Positions 29,668 through 38,100 of a stretch of 63,582 bases of DNA are shown one piece after another. Location of the stretch: sequence record SRR31156797_2571. The stretch is one strand, 5' to 3'. A program made the position numbers and the translations under genes. Below the pieces are notes generated by a model. It made no database searches. It was not told the origin of the DNA and was given only the letters and a program-made list of their open reading frames with translations. Each line of letters starts with the position of its first letter. Within the stretch, counting starts at the first letter, position 1.

Positions 29668-29761
29668 AAAAATCACCTGATCATGGAGCAACCTCGAACA
29701 GTTAGACCAAAACTCTAACGAGTCGAGGTAGCTTCAGTATGCGTTTTATCAGGTGATTTTT
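29668..29761. terminator. Bidirectional terminator-like inverted repeat with an insert in its loop
   Basis: AAAAATCACCTGAT (29668-81) / ATCAGGTGATTTTT (29748-61). Confidence 0.65.
29684..29736. mobile_element. 53-bp MITE-like element resembling abutted IS3/IS150-type ends
   Basis: TG...CA termini; 23-bp imperfect IRs TGGAGCAACCTCGAACAGTTAGA / TCTAACGAGTCGAGGTAGCTTCA around a 7-bp core. Confidence 0.55.
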
Positions 29762-29764
29762 AGG

Positions 29765-30601
29765 TTAAGCAAAACGATGAAAAATCGGCTGCATCTGTTC
29801 AAACGTACAGAGTTCAGTAAATCCTAATGATCGTAAAAGATCTTGTCCCTCTTTGATTTGAAACCCGAGCTGCTCTGGTTTATGACTGTCGCTGCCGATG
29901 GTTAGCACGCTTCCCCCAAAGGCACGATAAAGCTTGAGGATCTCGATCGATGGCGTATACCCATTGATTCCGTAACGGTGGGAAGAGGTATTCAGTTCAA
30001 TGCCTTTGCCATCTTTGATCACGACTTTCAAGATCTCTGCGATTTGTTCTTTCGTTTGTTTAAAAGCGTCCTTCTCTTTATCTAAATAACGACGAATCAA
30101 ATCCATATGGGCTAAGACGGAATACTCTTTATATGTCGTGACTAGCTGATACATTTCATCATAATAGCGCTCGTAGCATTCCTGTTGGCTGCGTCCTTTT
30201 TGAAATTCTCCGGTCCAAAATTCTTGATCGTCTACCTGATGAACGGAAAGTAAAATGAAGTCAAAGGGATGCGAATGATAAAGACGGGTAAATTGTGGGA
30301 TCGTGTGCATTTACATCCCAAATTCCAGCCCAGTTTTTAGCTTGATTTGGTCACTGTATGTTTCCTTTAAGCGTGCCAGTTCGGTAAAATACAAGTCGTA
30401 GTAGACATTTTTTACGACTTTATTGGCTCCGACGAGGTACGCATCCGTCGCTTGCCAGTCTTCTTTGACCCCATAATCCACATGATCGGTAAAGCAGATT
30501 TCTGCTAAGCCTAGGTTAATGGCGTCTTTGACTACATCTTCCATCAAATACCAAGAATCATCGCTGTAATCACTATGAACGTGATAGTCTGTAAAAATCA
30601 T
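29765..30601 (-). pseudogene. PHP-domain histidinol-phosphatase (HisJ/HisK family) interrupted by in-frame TAA at 30311-30313
   Basis: DYHVH..FTDH..GLEFGM*MHTI..SVH..AHMD..ELNTS..TIGSDSH, all in one frame across the stop. Confidence 0.85.
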
Positions 30602-30620
30602 GGCGTCTCCTTTTGTTTCG

Positions 30621-31262
30621 TTATTTTTGCTGCTTCTGCCAGTCTGCTCGTTTTTGATAATAAAGCTGGGCGGCCGTTTCCCAATGCTCTTTGTCAGTCG
30701 GCTGAATCTCACGGATCAGACGGGCTGGATTGCCGCCGACGATCGTATTCGGCGGCACATCTTTTGTGACGACGGAACCAGCAGCGACGATGGCATGTTT
30801 GCCGATCGTGACACCTGGTAAAATCGTACTATTGCCTCCGATCCAAACGTAATCTTCGACGGTGATCGGTAGGCCAAATTCCAAATCTTGACTGCGGATC
30901 AAAGAATCGATCGGATGGCCGGCTGTATAGAAGCTGACCCGTGGTCCCACCATCACATGATCACCAATCAGAATCTTATTGACATCTAAAAAAATGCAAT
31001 CCATATTGGCATAAAAGTGATCACCAATCTCAACATGGCGACCATAGTCGACAAAAAGGGGTGGTTGGACAAAGCAATGCTGCCCAAATTTGCCAAAGAG
31101 TGCTTTTTCTTTGGCGATGATTCCTTCTCGGTCATCGACTGGTAAAAGGTTGATTTCCTGGGCACGTTTTTTTCCCTCCACTGAGCCATTCTCAGGGAGA
31201 ATACCGGCAGCTTGATACAGTTGACCAGCCAACATCGCTTGATAATCAAAATCTTCTTTCAT
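30621..31262 (-). CDS. Sugar O-acetyltransferase (maltose/galactoside type)
   Basis: PPLFVDYG, FYANM, YTAGHP, VWIGG, GSVVTKDVP, GNPAR. Confidence 0.9.
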   Translation of the reverse strand: MKEDFDYQAMLAGQLYQAAGILPENGSVEGKKRAQEINLLPVDDREGIIAKEKALFGKFGQHCFVQPPLFVDYGRHVEIGDHFYANMDCIFLDVNKILIGDHVMVGPRVSFYTAGHPIDSLIRSQDLEFGLPITVEDYVWIGGNSTILPGVTIGKHAIVAAGSVVTKDVPPNTIVGGNPARLIREIQPTDKEHWETAAQLYYQKRADWQKQQK

Positions 31263-31275
31263 TGCAAAATCCTTT

Positions 31276-31668
31276 CTAAGACGGTAAATCGTCGGTGGTT
31301 AATTCAATCAAATTGCCTTCGGGGTCTTGGACAACTGCTTCATAATAGCCATCGCCTGTCGTACGAGGACCATTTAAAAGAGGGTAGCCATCTTCAACAA
31401 ACCGTTGAGCGTATCGATCAACGTCAGCTTGATCACCTACTGCAATCGCAAGGTGAGTGTAGCCTAAGCTCTCACTGACACGAGGGCTTAAAAATTTCTT
31501 GGTCGTTAATTCTAACCGACTTCCAGAATCAAAGGTCAAAAAATAGGACTGAAAGCCTGTTTTCGGATTATGATATTTTTGGTTGCTGACCGCCTGAAAG
31601 TAGGTTTCATAAAATGTTCTCATTTTTTCTAAATCATTGACATATAGTGCGATGTGTTCAATTTTCAT
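31276..31668 (-). CDS. VOC/glyoxalase family protein
   Basis: IEHIAL, GYTHLA, GPRTTGDGYYE, DPEGNLIE; ATG about 9 nt after AAAGGAG. Confidence 0.9.
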   Translation of the reverse strand: MKIEHIALYVNDLEKMRTFYETYFQAVSNQKYHNPKTGFQSYFLTFDSGSRLELTTKKFLSPRVSESLGYTHLAIAVGDQADVDRYAQRFVEDGYPLLNGPRTTGDGYYEAVVQDPEGNLIELTTDDLPS

Positions 31669-31723
31669 TATTGACAACTCCTTTAATAAGCAACATGCGT
31701 CGTTCTTTCTTCGTTCCTTTTTG

Positions 31724-31750
31724 AACTTAGTAAACTTTGTTTAATAAGTT
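31724..31750. promoter_or_regulatory. ROK/XylR-type operator palindrome
   Basis: AACTTAGTAAAC-TTT-GTTTAATAAGTT, between the divergent ROK repressor and the VOC operon. Confidence 0.7.
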
Positions 31751-31838
31751 GCTTCTATTATACCTTTGTTAACAAAATTAATAAAGGTGTATTCCCAGCT
31801 TTTTATCTGTTAAAATAGGAGCGTTGAGGGGGAGAAAA

Positions 31839-32819
31839 ATGAAAGCTTATCAGCCAACGACCATTAAATTACATAATCAGGCAGTATTGCTGGATTTGCT
31901 AAAACAGCAGCAAGCGCCTATGACCAAGCGCCAACTGGCAGATGCCTCTCAATTAAGCGTGGTAACGATCAACAAGCTGCTTCCTGAATTGATAGAAAAG
32001 CAGTTGCTTTTGACGACGGATCAACCGCAACGAACGGGAGGACGTCAAGCTGCGGCTTACCAGTACAATGCGCAACGGACACTGTTGTTGATCATTCAGT
32101 TTATCGAAGAAGACCAGCAGATCGTGATTCGTTTTTCAGTTGTTGATCTCGTGGGGAACATTTTGCATCATGAGCAGTCAGCAGAGGGCCGATTGCCGCA
32201 GTTCTTGCAAGTGATTCGTCAGATAAAACAGGAATACCCGAAAATCAGCTTGGCAGTCGTGGGGATTCCGGGTGTGGAAATTGCTGGAAGACTGAAGATC
32301 ATGGATGCTCCAGCATTTAAGGACATGGCGCTAGGGGAATTGATTGAAAAGGAGATCGCTGTAAAAGCGCTTATTGAGAATGACGTGAATGCTGCGGTAT
32401 TTCATTTTAAAGAAGAGAAAAAAATCGTGGCTGGCATTTATTTTCCAAAAAATTATCCACCAGGTGCGGGACTGGTCATCGACCAACAGCTCTTTAAAGG
32501 AGCCAACCATTTAAGTGGCGAAATCAAGCATTTGCCGCATCTTTACAAAGTTTCTTACCCTTTGGCAACAGAGGCGATCCAAGAGCAAGTGACTGCCACT
32601 CTTCAAGCGATCGTGGCAGTCACGGACCCGCATCAAGTCATTTTGTTTTTGCCCTCTGAGTGGCAGGCGCTTGTGCCGCGCTCTTTTTTGGAAAAGCAGC
32701 TGGCAGCAGTGTTTCATTATGGCGTCTTACCAAAGTTACACTTTTCAGATCGGTTTTCAGAAAACTATTTGGCTGGGTTGATCACGATGGGAATCGAAGC
32801 AGCGGGCTTAGGGCTTTGA
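31839..32819 (+). CDS. ROK family transcriptional regulator
   Basis: N-terminal HTH (LADASQLSVVTINKLL), TGGR, GIPG, ENDVNAA, GEI. Confidence 0.85.
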   Translation: MKAYQPTTIKLHNQAVLLDLLKQQQAPMTKRQLADASQLSVVTINKLLPELIEKQLLLTTDQPQRTGGRQAAAYQYNAQRTLLLIIQFIEEDQQIVIRFSVVDLVGNILHHEQSAEGRLPQFLQVIRQIKQEYPKISLAVVGIPGVEIAGRLKIMDAPAFKDMALGELIEKEIAVKALIENDVNAAVFHFKEEKKIVAGIYFPKNYPPGAGLVIDQQLFKGANHLSGEIKHLPHLYKVSYPLATEAIQEQVTATLQAIVAVTDPHQVILFLPSEWQALVPRSFLEKQLAAVFHYGVLPKLHFSDRFSENYLAGLITMGIEAAGLGL

Positions 32820-32847
32820 TTCGCAGCATTTAACTGGTACTGAGGAC

Positions 32848-32893
32848 AAAAACTGCCGCTGCTTCCTTTATCAGAAGCAGTGGCAGTTTTTTT
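32848..32893. terminator. Bidirectional terminator
   Basis: AAAAACTGCCGCTGCTTC/GAAGCAGTGGCAGTTTTT. Confidence 0.85.
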
Positions 32894-32907
32894 GAAAATA
32901 CGAGAAC

Positions 32908-33834
32908 TCACAGTTTAGCGAGTTTCTGTGCTTTTTCGGTATTCGCAAAATGCAGTTTGGCATATTTGCCCAATAGTGCTATGCCACCTTGCTGCAGTAA
33001 TTTTGCGGCAACTTGGTCAGCAGCTGCGTGGGCGCCAGAAGGCAAGCGCATACCGACTTCTTTGGAGGCTGCCTCTAATTCATCCAAAAAGACTGTACGA
33101 CATAAAATAGAGGCTGCCGCTACTGCTAGATGATATTGTTCACCTTTCGTCGCAAAATAGAGCTTTTCGGTAACCGCTGCTTGTTCCGATTTTAAATAAG
33201 TGCGATAATTTTTTTCGCTTGTGAACTGATCGATCAAAATGGCATCTGGTGTCTCAGGAGCAATCTTTTGCAAAAGCAAACGAATGGCTTGATTATGCAA
33301 AGCAACTTTCATTCGGACCGTGTTGTATTTTGGTTGGATCTCGTTGTATTTGCTGGGTGTAACAGTGAGCAATTGGTAAGGAACCAATTCTTTGATTTTC
33401 GGCGCCATCTTACGGATCTCTGGATCTGTCAGCATTTTTGAGTCCTTGACACCTAAGGCTTTCAGCTGTGGCAATTGCTCTTTTTTGGCATAGACGGCAC
33501 AGACCACCAAAGGACCGAAATAACTGCCGTTGCCGACCTCGTCACTGCCGACGACGCTTTTTTCGCTAAATCCTGCTGGCAACGCAGTGGTTGAAACAGT
33601 CGCTTTTTTCTTATCCGGTACAGCACTTGCCGTATCGCCCCATAAGGAAGCTTCTTTTTCAGCAGTCGCTCCTTGAAACATGACTTTTCCAGACGTATAA
33701 GCAGTGATCGTCGTTGGCCCTTTTTTGGCGACAAACACTGTATAAGGAACTTTCTTAGCCAGCAGTTCTCGTTGGTAAAATTGCTGCATCTTTTGGATAG
33801 TTGAAGTTGGTACTTTGATAACGATCGTACTCAT
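32908..33834 (-). CDS. rnhC: Ribonuclease HIII
   Basis: TBP-like N-domain (YTSGKVMFQG), GSDEVGNGSYFGP, GVKDSK, IDQF, AKLHFANT. Confidence 0.95.
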   Translation of the reverse strand: MSTIVIKVPTSTIQKMQQFYQRELLAKKVPYTVFVAKKGPTTITAYTSGKVMFQGATAEKEASLWGDTASAVPDKKKATVSTTALPAGFSEKSVVGSDEVGNGSYFGPLVVCAVYAKKEQLPQLKALGVKDSKMLTDPEIRKMAPKIKELVPYQLLTVTPSKYNEIQPKYNTVRMKVALHNQAIRLLLQKIAPETPDAILIDQFTSEKNYRTYLKSEQAAVTEKLYFATKGEQYHLAVAAASILCRTVFLDELEAASKEVGMRLPSGAHAAADQVAAKLLQQGGIALLGKYAKLHFANTEKAQKLAKL

Positions 33835-34050
33835 TTGATTCCTCCTGTTTTTTTGTCTTTTCTTAGGTAGACAAAAGGATACTTTAAGATTTTACCATAC
33901 TTCTTATTCTTTTTTACTAAGACGATCAGCAAACAAACGATTGGCATGGAAATTCATAAGAAAATCACGTATAATAGTTAAGAGTTTGCGACACATGTTC
34001 AATAAGTGATAGAATAGAGCAGAATGTAAGCAATGGGAGGAAATATTCCT

Positions 34051-34491
34051 ATGACGGAGCAAAAGAAACGCTATAAAGCAGTTATCGCGAATCAAAGTTA
34101 CACGATTATTGGACGCGAAAGCAAAGAACACATGGATATGGTGACAAGATTGGTCAATGACCAACTGCTTGAGATCATGCAATTATCGCCACAAACCGAT
34201 CAAGAACAAGCGTCGATCTTATTAGCGATCAACGCTGTTTCCGACCAGCTGAAAAAACAAGAACAGCTTTTGGTCCTACAAAAAAAAGTGGACGAGTTGC
34301 GGGGACAAGCCATTAAAGCAACGGAGCTTGAGAATCGCATCAAGCGGATCGAAGCAATCGAATCCGAAGCACGGAAAGTTCTCGATGAGACAGGTCGCAG
34401 TGATGTGGAGATCCATAATCATGTGGAAGCACAACAGATCTTAAATGAACAAAGGAAACGAAAAATTCAAGAAAAGACAGCCCATGGGTAG
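34051..34491 (+). CDS. zapA: Cell division protein ZapA
   Basis: YTIIG...LAINAVSD plus coiled coil; conserved rnhC/zapA/cvpA/mutS2 synteny. Confidence 0.85.
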   Translation: MTEQKKRYKAVIANQSYTIIGRESKEHMDMVTRLVNDQLLEIMQLSPQTDQEQASILLAINAVSDQLKKQEQLLVLQKKVDELRGQAIKATELENRIKRIEAIESEARKVLDETGRSDVEIHNHVEAQQILNEQRKRKIQEKTAHG

Positions 34492-34514
34492 TGCGGCGTA
34501 GAAAGGATTCCTAA

Positions 34515-35069
34515 ATGATTGGATTATTTGTCTTGGTTTTGTTGTTGGCAGCCTTTTACGGCGGCGCGCGGCGCGGAACCAGTTTACAATTGGTCTCAGT
34601 TTTGGGCTATTTGCTCTCTTTTTTCTTTGCAGTTGCGAATTACCAAGAAATTGCGAAAAAAATTGAGCTCTATGTTCCTTATATGTCAGTAACGGCGGAT
34701 TCAAAGTTAAAATACTACGATATGGAACTGGCTTTAGATTTAGACAAAGCCTATTATGCGGCCATCGCTTTTGTGATGGTACTCTTTGCTGGTTGGCTGA
34801 TCACCAAACTATTAGTGATTTTTGCAGACAGTTTGCGTTACAAACGCCTACGTTTTTTAGGCGGCTATGACTGGGCAGTTGCGGGTGTTTTGAATGTCAT
34901 CTTGATGTATATCAATTTGTATATGTTTTTCATGATTCTCTCAATGATCCCGTTTGCCACGATTCAAAATCTGTTTGAAACGAGCGGAACTGCGAATTTC
35001 ATCGTTGATCGGTCACCGATTCTCTCAGATTACTTCTATCGATTGTGGATCACAGATGTGATTGGGTAA
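34515..35069 (+). CDS. CvpA family membrane protein
   Basis: YGGARRG motif, hydrophobic profile, synteny. Confidence 0.85.
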   Translation: MIGLFVLVLLLAAFYGGARRGTSLQLVSVLGYLLSFFFAVANYQEIAKKIELYVPYMSVTADSKLKYYDMELALDLDKAYYAAIAFVMVLFAGWLITKLLVIFADSLRYKRLRFLGGYDWAVAGVLNVILMYINLYMFFMILSMIPFATIQNLFETSGTANFIVDRSPILSDYFYRLWITDVIG

Positions 35070-35147
35070 AAAGCAGGCAGATGGTTGCAGAGCCATTCTG
35101 CCTTTTTCTTAGGAACAAAAAGTTAAAACAAAGCAGGTGAGAAAAGA

Positions 35148-37511
35148 ATGAATACTAAGATCCTTGATGTTTTAGGATTTGAACAAGTAAAGAGTCAAAT
35201 CGGTCAGTATATCGTAACAGCCCAAGGAAAAGAAGCCTTAGCAAAGCTTGTGCCATCAAGTGATGCGCAAGTCATTTCCTCTTGGCTAGCAGAAACAGAA
35301 GACGCGATCAAGATCCAGCGTTTAAGAGGCGGAATCCCTGTACCAAAAATTGAGAATATTCGTCCCCAAATGAAACGGATCGAAATCGGCGCAGATTTAA
35401 ACGGCGTTGAATTGGCACAAGTTGCCCGCGTCTTATCAACTACGCAGGAATTGAAACGCTTTTTTGCTGATTTGTCTGAAAGTGAGATTGAATTTTCCCG
35501 CTTGTATCACTGGGAAGAACAGTTGGTTTCTTTACCAACCTTGAATCGTCGCTTGAAAGAAGCTATCGATGAGGATGGCCGAGTCACAGACGATGCCTCT
35601 CCAGCACTTCGGGGAATTCGTCAATCGATCCGACGAGCAGAACGGACGATCCGTGAGACATTGGATGGCATCGTCCGAGGTGGCAATGCAAAGTATCTAA
35701 GTGATACGATCGTAACCATGCGAAATGAGCGTTATGTGATTCCAGTCAAACAAGAATACCGAGGTGTTTTCGGCGGCGTGGTTCACGACCAAAGTTCATC
35801 TGGTCAAACCTTGTTTATCGAACCGAAACAAGTAGTGGAACAAAATAACCGCTTGCGTCAGCATCAAATTGCGGAACGGGACGAAATCACTCGTATTTTG
35901 GCGGAATTATCAGCAGAGTTAGCTCCGTACCAAAGAGAGATCCTCCATAATGCATATGTGATCGGAATCATGGATTTCATGAATGCCAAGGCTCGTTTTG
36001 GGAAAGAGATGAAGGCAATCGTACCAGCGATCAATCAAGATAACCATGTCTTTTTTAAAAAAGCACGTCATCCATTGATCGATCAAGAAAAAGTCGTTCC
36101 TAACGATATTACGATTGGAAAAGACTATCAAGCTGTTGTCATTACTGGGCCGAATACCGGCGGAAAAACCATCACCTTAAAAACATTAGGGCTATTGCAG
36201 ATCATGGGCCAAGCCGGCTTACCAATCTTGGCAGAAGAAGAAAGCCAAATGGGGATCTTCAATGAGATTTTTGCGGACATTGGTGATGAACAATCCATTG
36301 AGCAAAGTCTATCGACCTTTTCTTCACATATGACAACGATCGTTGATGTGTTGAAAAAAGTCGACGAAACAAGTCTGGTGCTTTTTGATGAACTAGGTGC
36401 TGGGACCGATCCCCAAGAAGGGGCAGCACTAGCAATTGCGATTCTGGACGAACTTGGGGCTAAGTCGGCTTATGTCATGGCGACGACCCATTATCCAGAA
36501 TTGAAAGTTTATGGCTATAACCGATCCAATACGATCAACGCCTCTATGGAGTTTGATGTCGATACCTTAAGTCCGACCTATCGCTTGTTGATCGGGGTTC
36601 CGGGACGAAGCAATGCGTTTGAGATTTCGAAAAGACTTGGCTTGCCAGAGACGATCATTGATCAAGCCAAAGAGATCATGGACGGAGAAAGCCAAGACCT
36701 GAATGAAATGATCGCTGATTTAGAAAATCGAAGAAAAATGACGGAAACCGAGTATCTGGAAGTTCGTCATCATGTAAAAGAAGCAGCCCGCTTGCACCAA
36801 GAATTAGAAGCAGCTTACAGTTATTTCTTTGAAGAACGCGAAAAAGAATTGGCAAAAGCCCGTCAAAAAGCCAATCAAATCGTAGAAGAGGCTAAAGAGG
36901 AATCTGAAAAAATCATTGCCGATATTCGTAAAATGCAGTTAGCCGGCGGTCAAACGAAGGTCAAAGAACACGAACTGATCGACGCGCGCACCAAGCTATC
37001 AGGACTGCAGCAAGAAGAACATCTGCAAAAAAACAAGGTTCTGCAAAAAGCCAAAGCAGCCAAGACGCTGAAAGAAGGAGACGAGGTACTCGTAACTTCT
37101 TATGGGCAGCGTGGGGTACTGTTGAAAAAAGCCGGTAAAAATCAGTGGCAAGTCCAAATCGGCATTCTGAAAATGAATTTGCCAGAAACAGATCTCCAAC
37201 CAGCAGCGCCAGTGAAGGAGCCTACACAGCGTATCGTTAATACGATTCGTTCTGCTGACAGCAGTCCAGTGGTCAATCAGTTGGATTTACGCGGCAAGCG
37301 GTACGAAGAAGCCCTCAATGAAGTGGATCAGTATTTGGATGCAGCAATTTTGGCAGGCTATCCGCAGGTGACGATCGTTCACGGTAAAGGAACTGGCGCA
37401 TTGCGTCAAGGGATCACTGACTACCTAAAAAATCATCGCTCGGTGAAAAGTTTTGAATTTGCGCCAGCAAACCAAGGGGGCAATGGAGCGACCATTGTGA
37501 AGTTTAACTAA
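35148..37511 (+). CDS. mutS2: Endonuclease MutS2 (RqcU)
   Basis: GPNTGGKT, IGDEQSIEQSLSTFS, DELGAGTDP, Smr domain LDLRG..IVHGKGTG. Confidence 0.96.
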   Translation: MNTKILDVLGFEQVKSQIGQYIVTAQGKEALAKLVPSSDAQVISSWLAETEDAIKIQRLRGGIPVPKIENIRPQMKRIEIGADLNGVELAQVARVLSTTQELKRFFADLSESEIEFSRLYHWEEQLVSLPTLNRRLKEAIDEDGRVTDDASPALRGIRQSIRRAERTIRETLDGIVRGGNAKYLSDTIVTMRNERYVIPVKQEYRGVFGGVVHDQSSSGQTLFIEPKQVVEQNNRLRQHQIAERDEITRILAELSAELAPYQREILHNAYVIGIMDFMNAKARFGKEMKAIVPAINQDNHVFFKKARHPLIDQEKVVPNDITIGKDYQAVVITGPNTGGKTITLKTLGLLQIMGQAGLPILAEEESQMGIFNEIFADIGDEQSIEQSLSTFSSHMTTIVDVLKKVDETSLVLFDELGAGTDPQEGAALAIAILDELGAKSAYVMATTHYPELKVYGYNRSNTINASMEFDVDTLSPTYRLLIGVPGRSNAFEISKRLGLPETIIDQAKEIMDGESQDLNEMIADLENRRKMTETEYLEVRHHVKEAARLHQELEAAYSYFFEEREKELAKARQKANQIVEEAKEESEKIIADIRKMQLAGGQTKVKEHELIDARTKLSGLQQEEHLQKNKVLQKAKAAKTLKEGDEVLVTSYGQRGVLLKKAGKNQWQVQIGILKMNLPETDLQPAAPVKEPTQRIVNTIRSADSSPVVNQLDLRGKRYEEALNEVDQYLDAAILAGYPQVTIVHGKGTGALRQGITDYLKNHRSVKSFEFAPANQGGNGATIVKFN

Positions 37512-37607
37512 ACGTTAAGAACCCTTACCTTTTGTAAGCAGACGATTTTAAAAAACTTACGATACGTGGTATACTTTTTTTAGTTTTAAAAATGGAGGGG
37601 AAGTACG

Positions 37608-37922
37608 ATGGCAAAAGAAATAACCGATAAAACTTTTTCAGAAGAAACCGATAAAGGCTTAGTCCTTATTGATTTTTGGGCAACTTGGTGTGGCCCTTGT
37701 CGTATGCAAGCACCGATCTTGGAACAATTAGCGAATGAATATGAGGAAGACGAATTGAAGATCGTGAAAATGGATGTGGATGAAAATCCTGAAACACCTG
37801 CTTCATTCGGGATCATGTCTATTCCTACTTTGTTGTTGAAAAAAGACGGTCAAGTCGTTGATAAAGCAATTGGGGTGCATACAAAAGATCAATTGAAAGC
37901 TTTAGTTGCGGAACATATGTAA
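37608..37922 (+). CDS. trxA: Thioredoxin
   Basis: WCGPC active site, SIPT. Confidence 0.97.
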   Translation: MAKEITDKTFSEETDKGLVLIDFWATWCGPCRMQAPILEQLANEYEEDELKIVKMDVDENPETPASFGIMSIPTLLLKKDGQVVDKAIGVHTKDQLKALVAEHM

Positions 37923-37939
37923 TAGAATAAGTGTTTTTG

Positions 37940-37971
37940 AAGCAATAGCCGAAAGAGGCTATTGCTTTTTT
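37940..37971 (+). terminator. trxA terminator
   Basis: AAGCAATAGCC/GGCTATTGCTT plus T run. Confidence 0.85.
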
Positions 37972-38100
37972 GTTTTTGGGAGGTTTTTTTTAGATATTTC
38001 TTTCGGCAGTGGTATACTTAAAGTGGGGAGTGGCACTAAAAAATATCTCGTTTATATAGTAAGAAAGTGATACCAAAATAGGATTAAAGGGGGAATAAAA

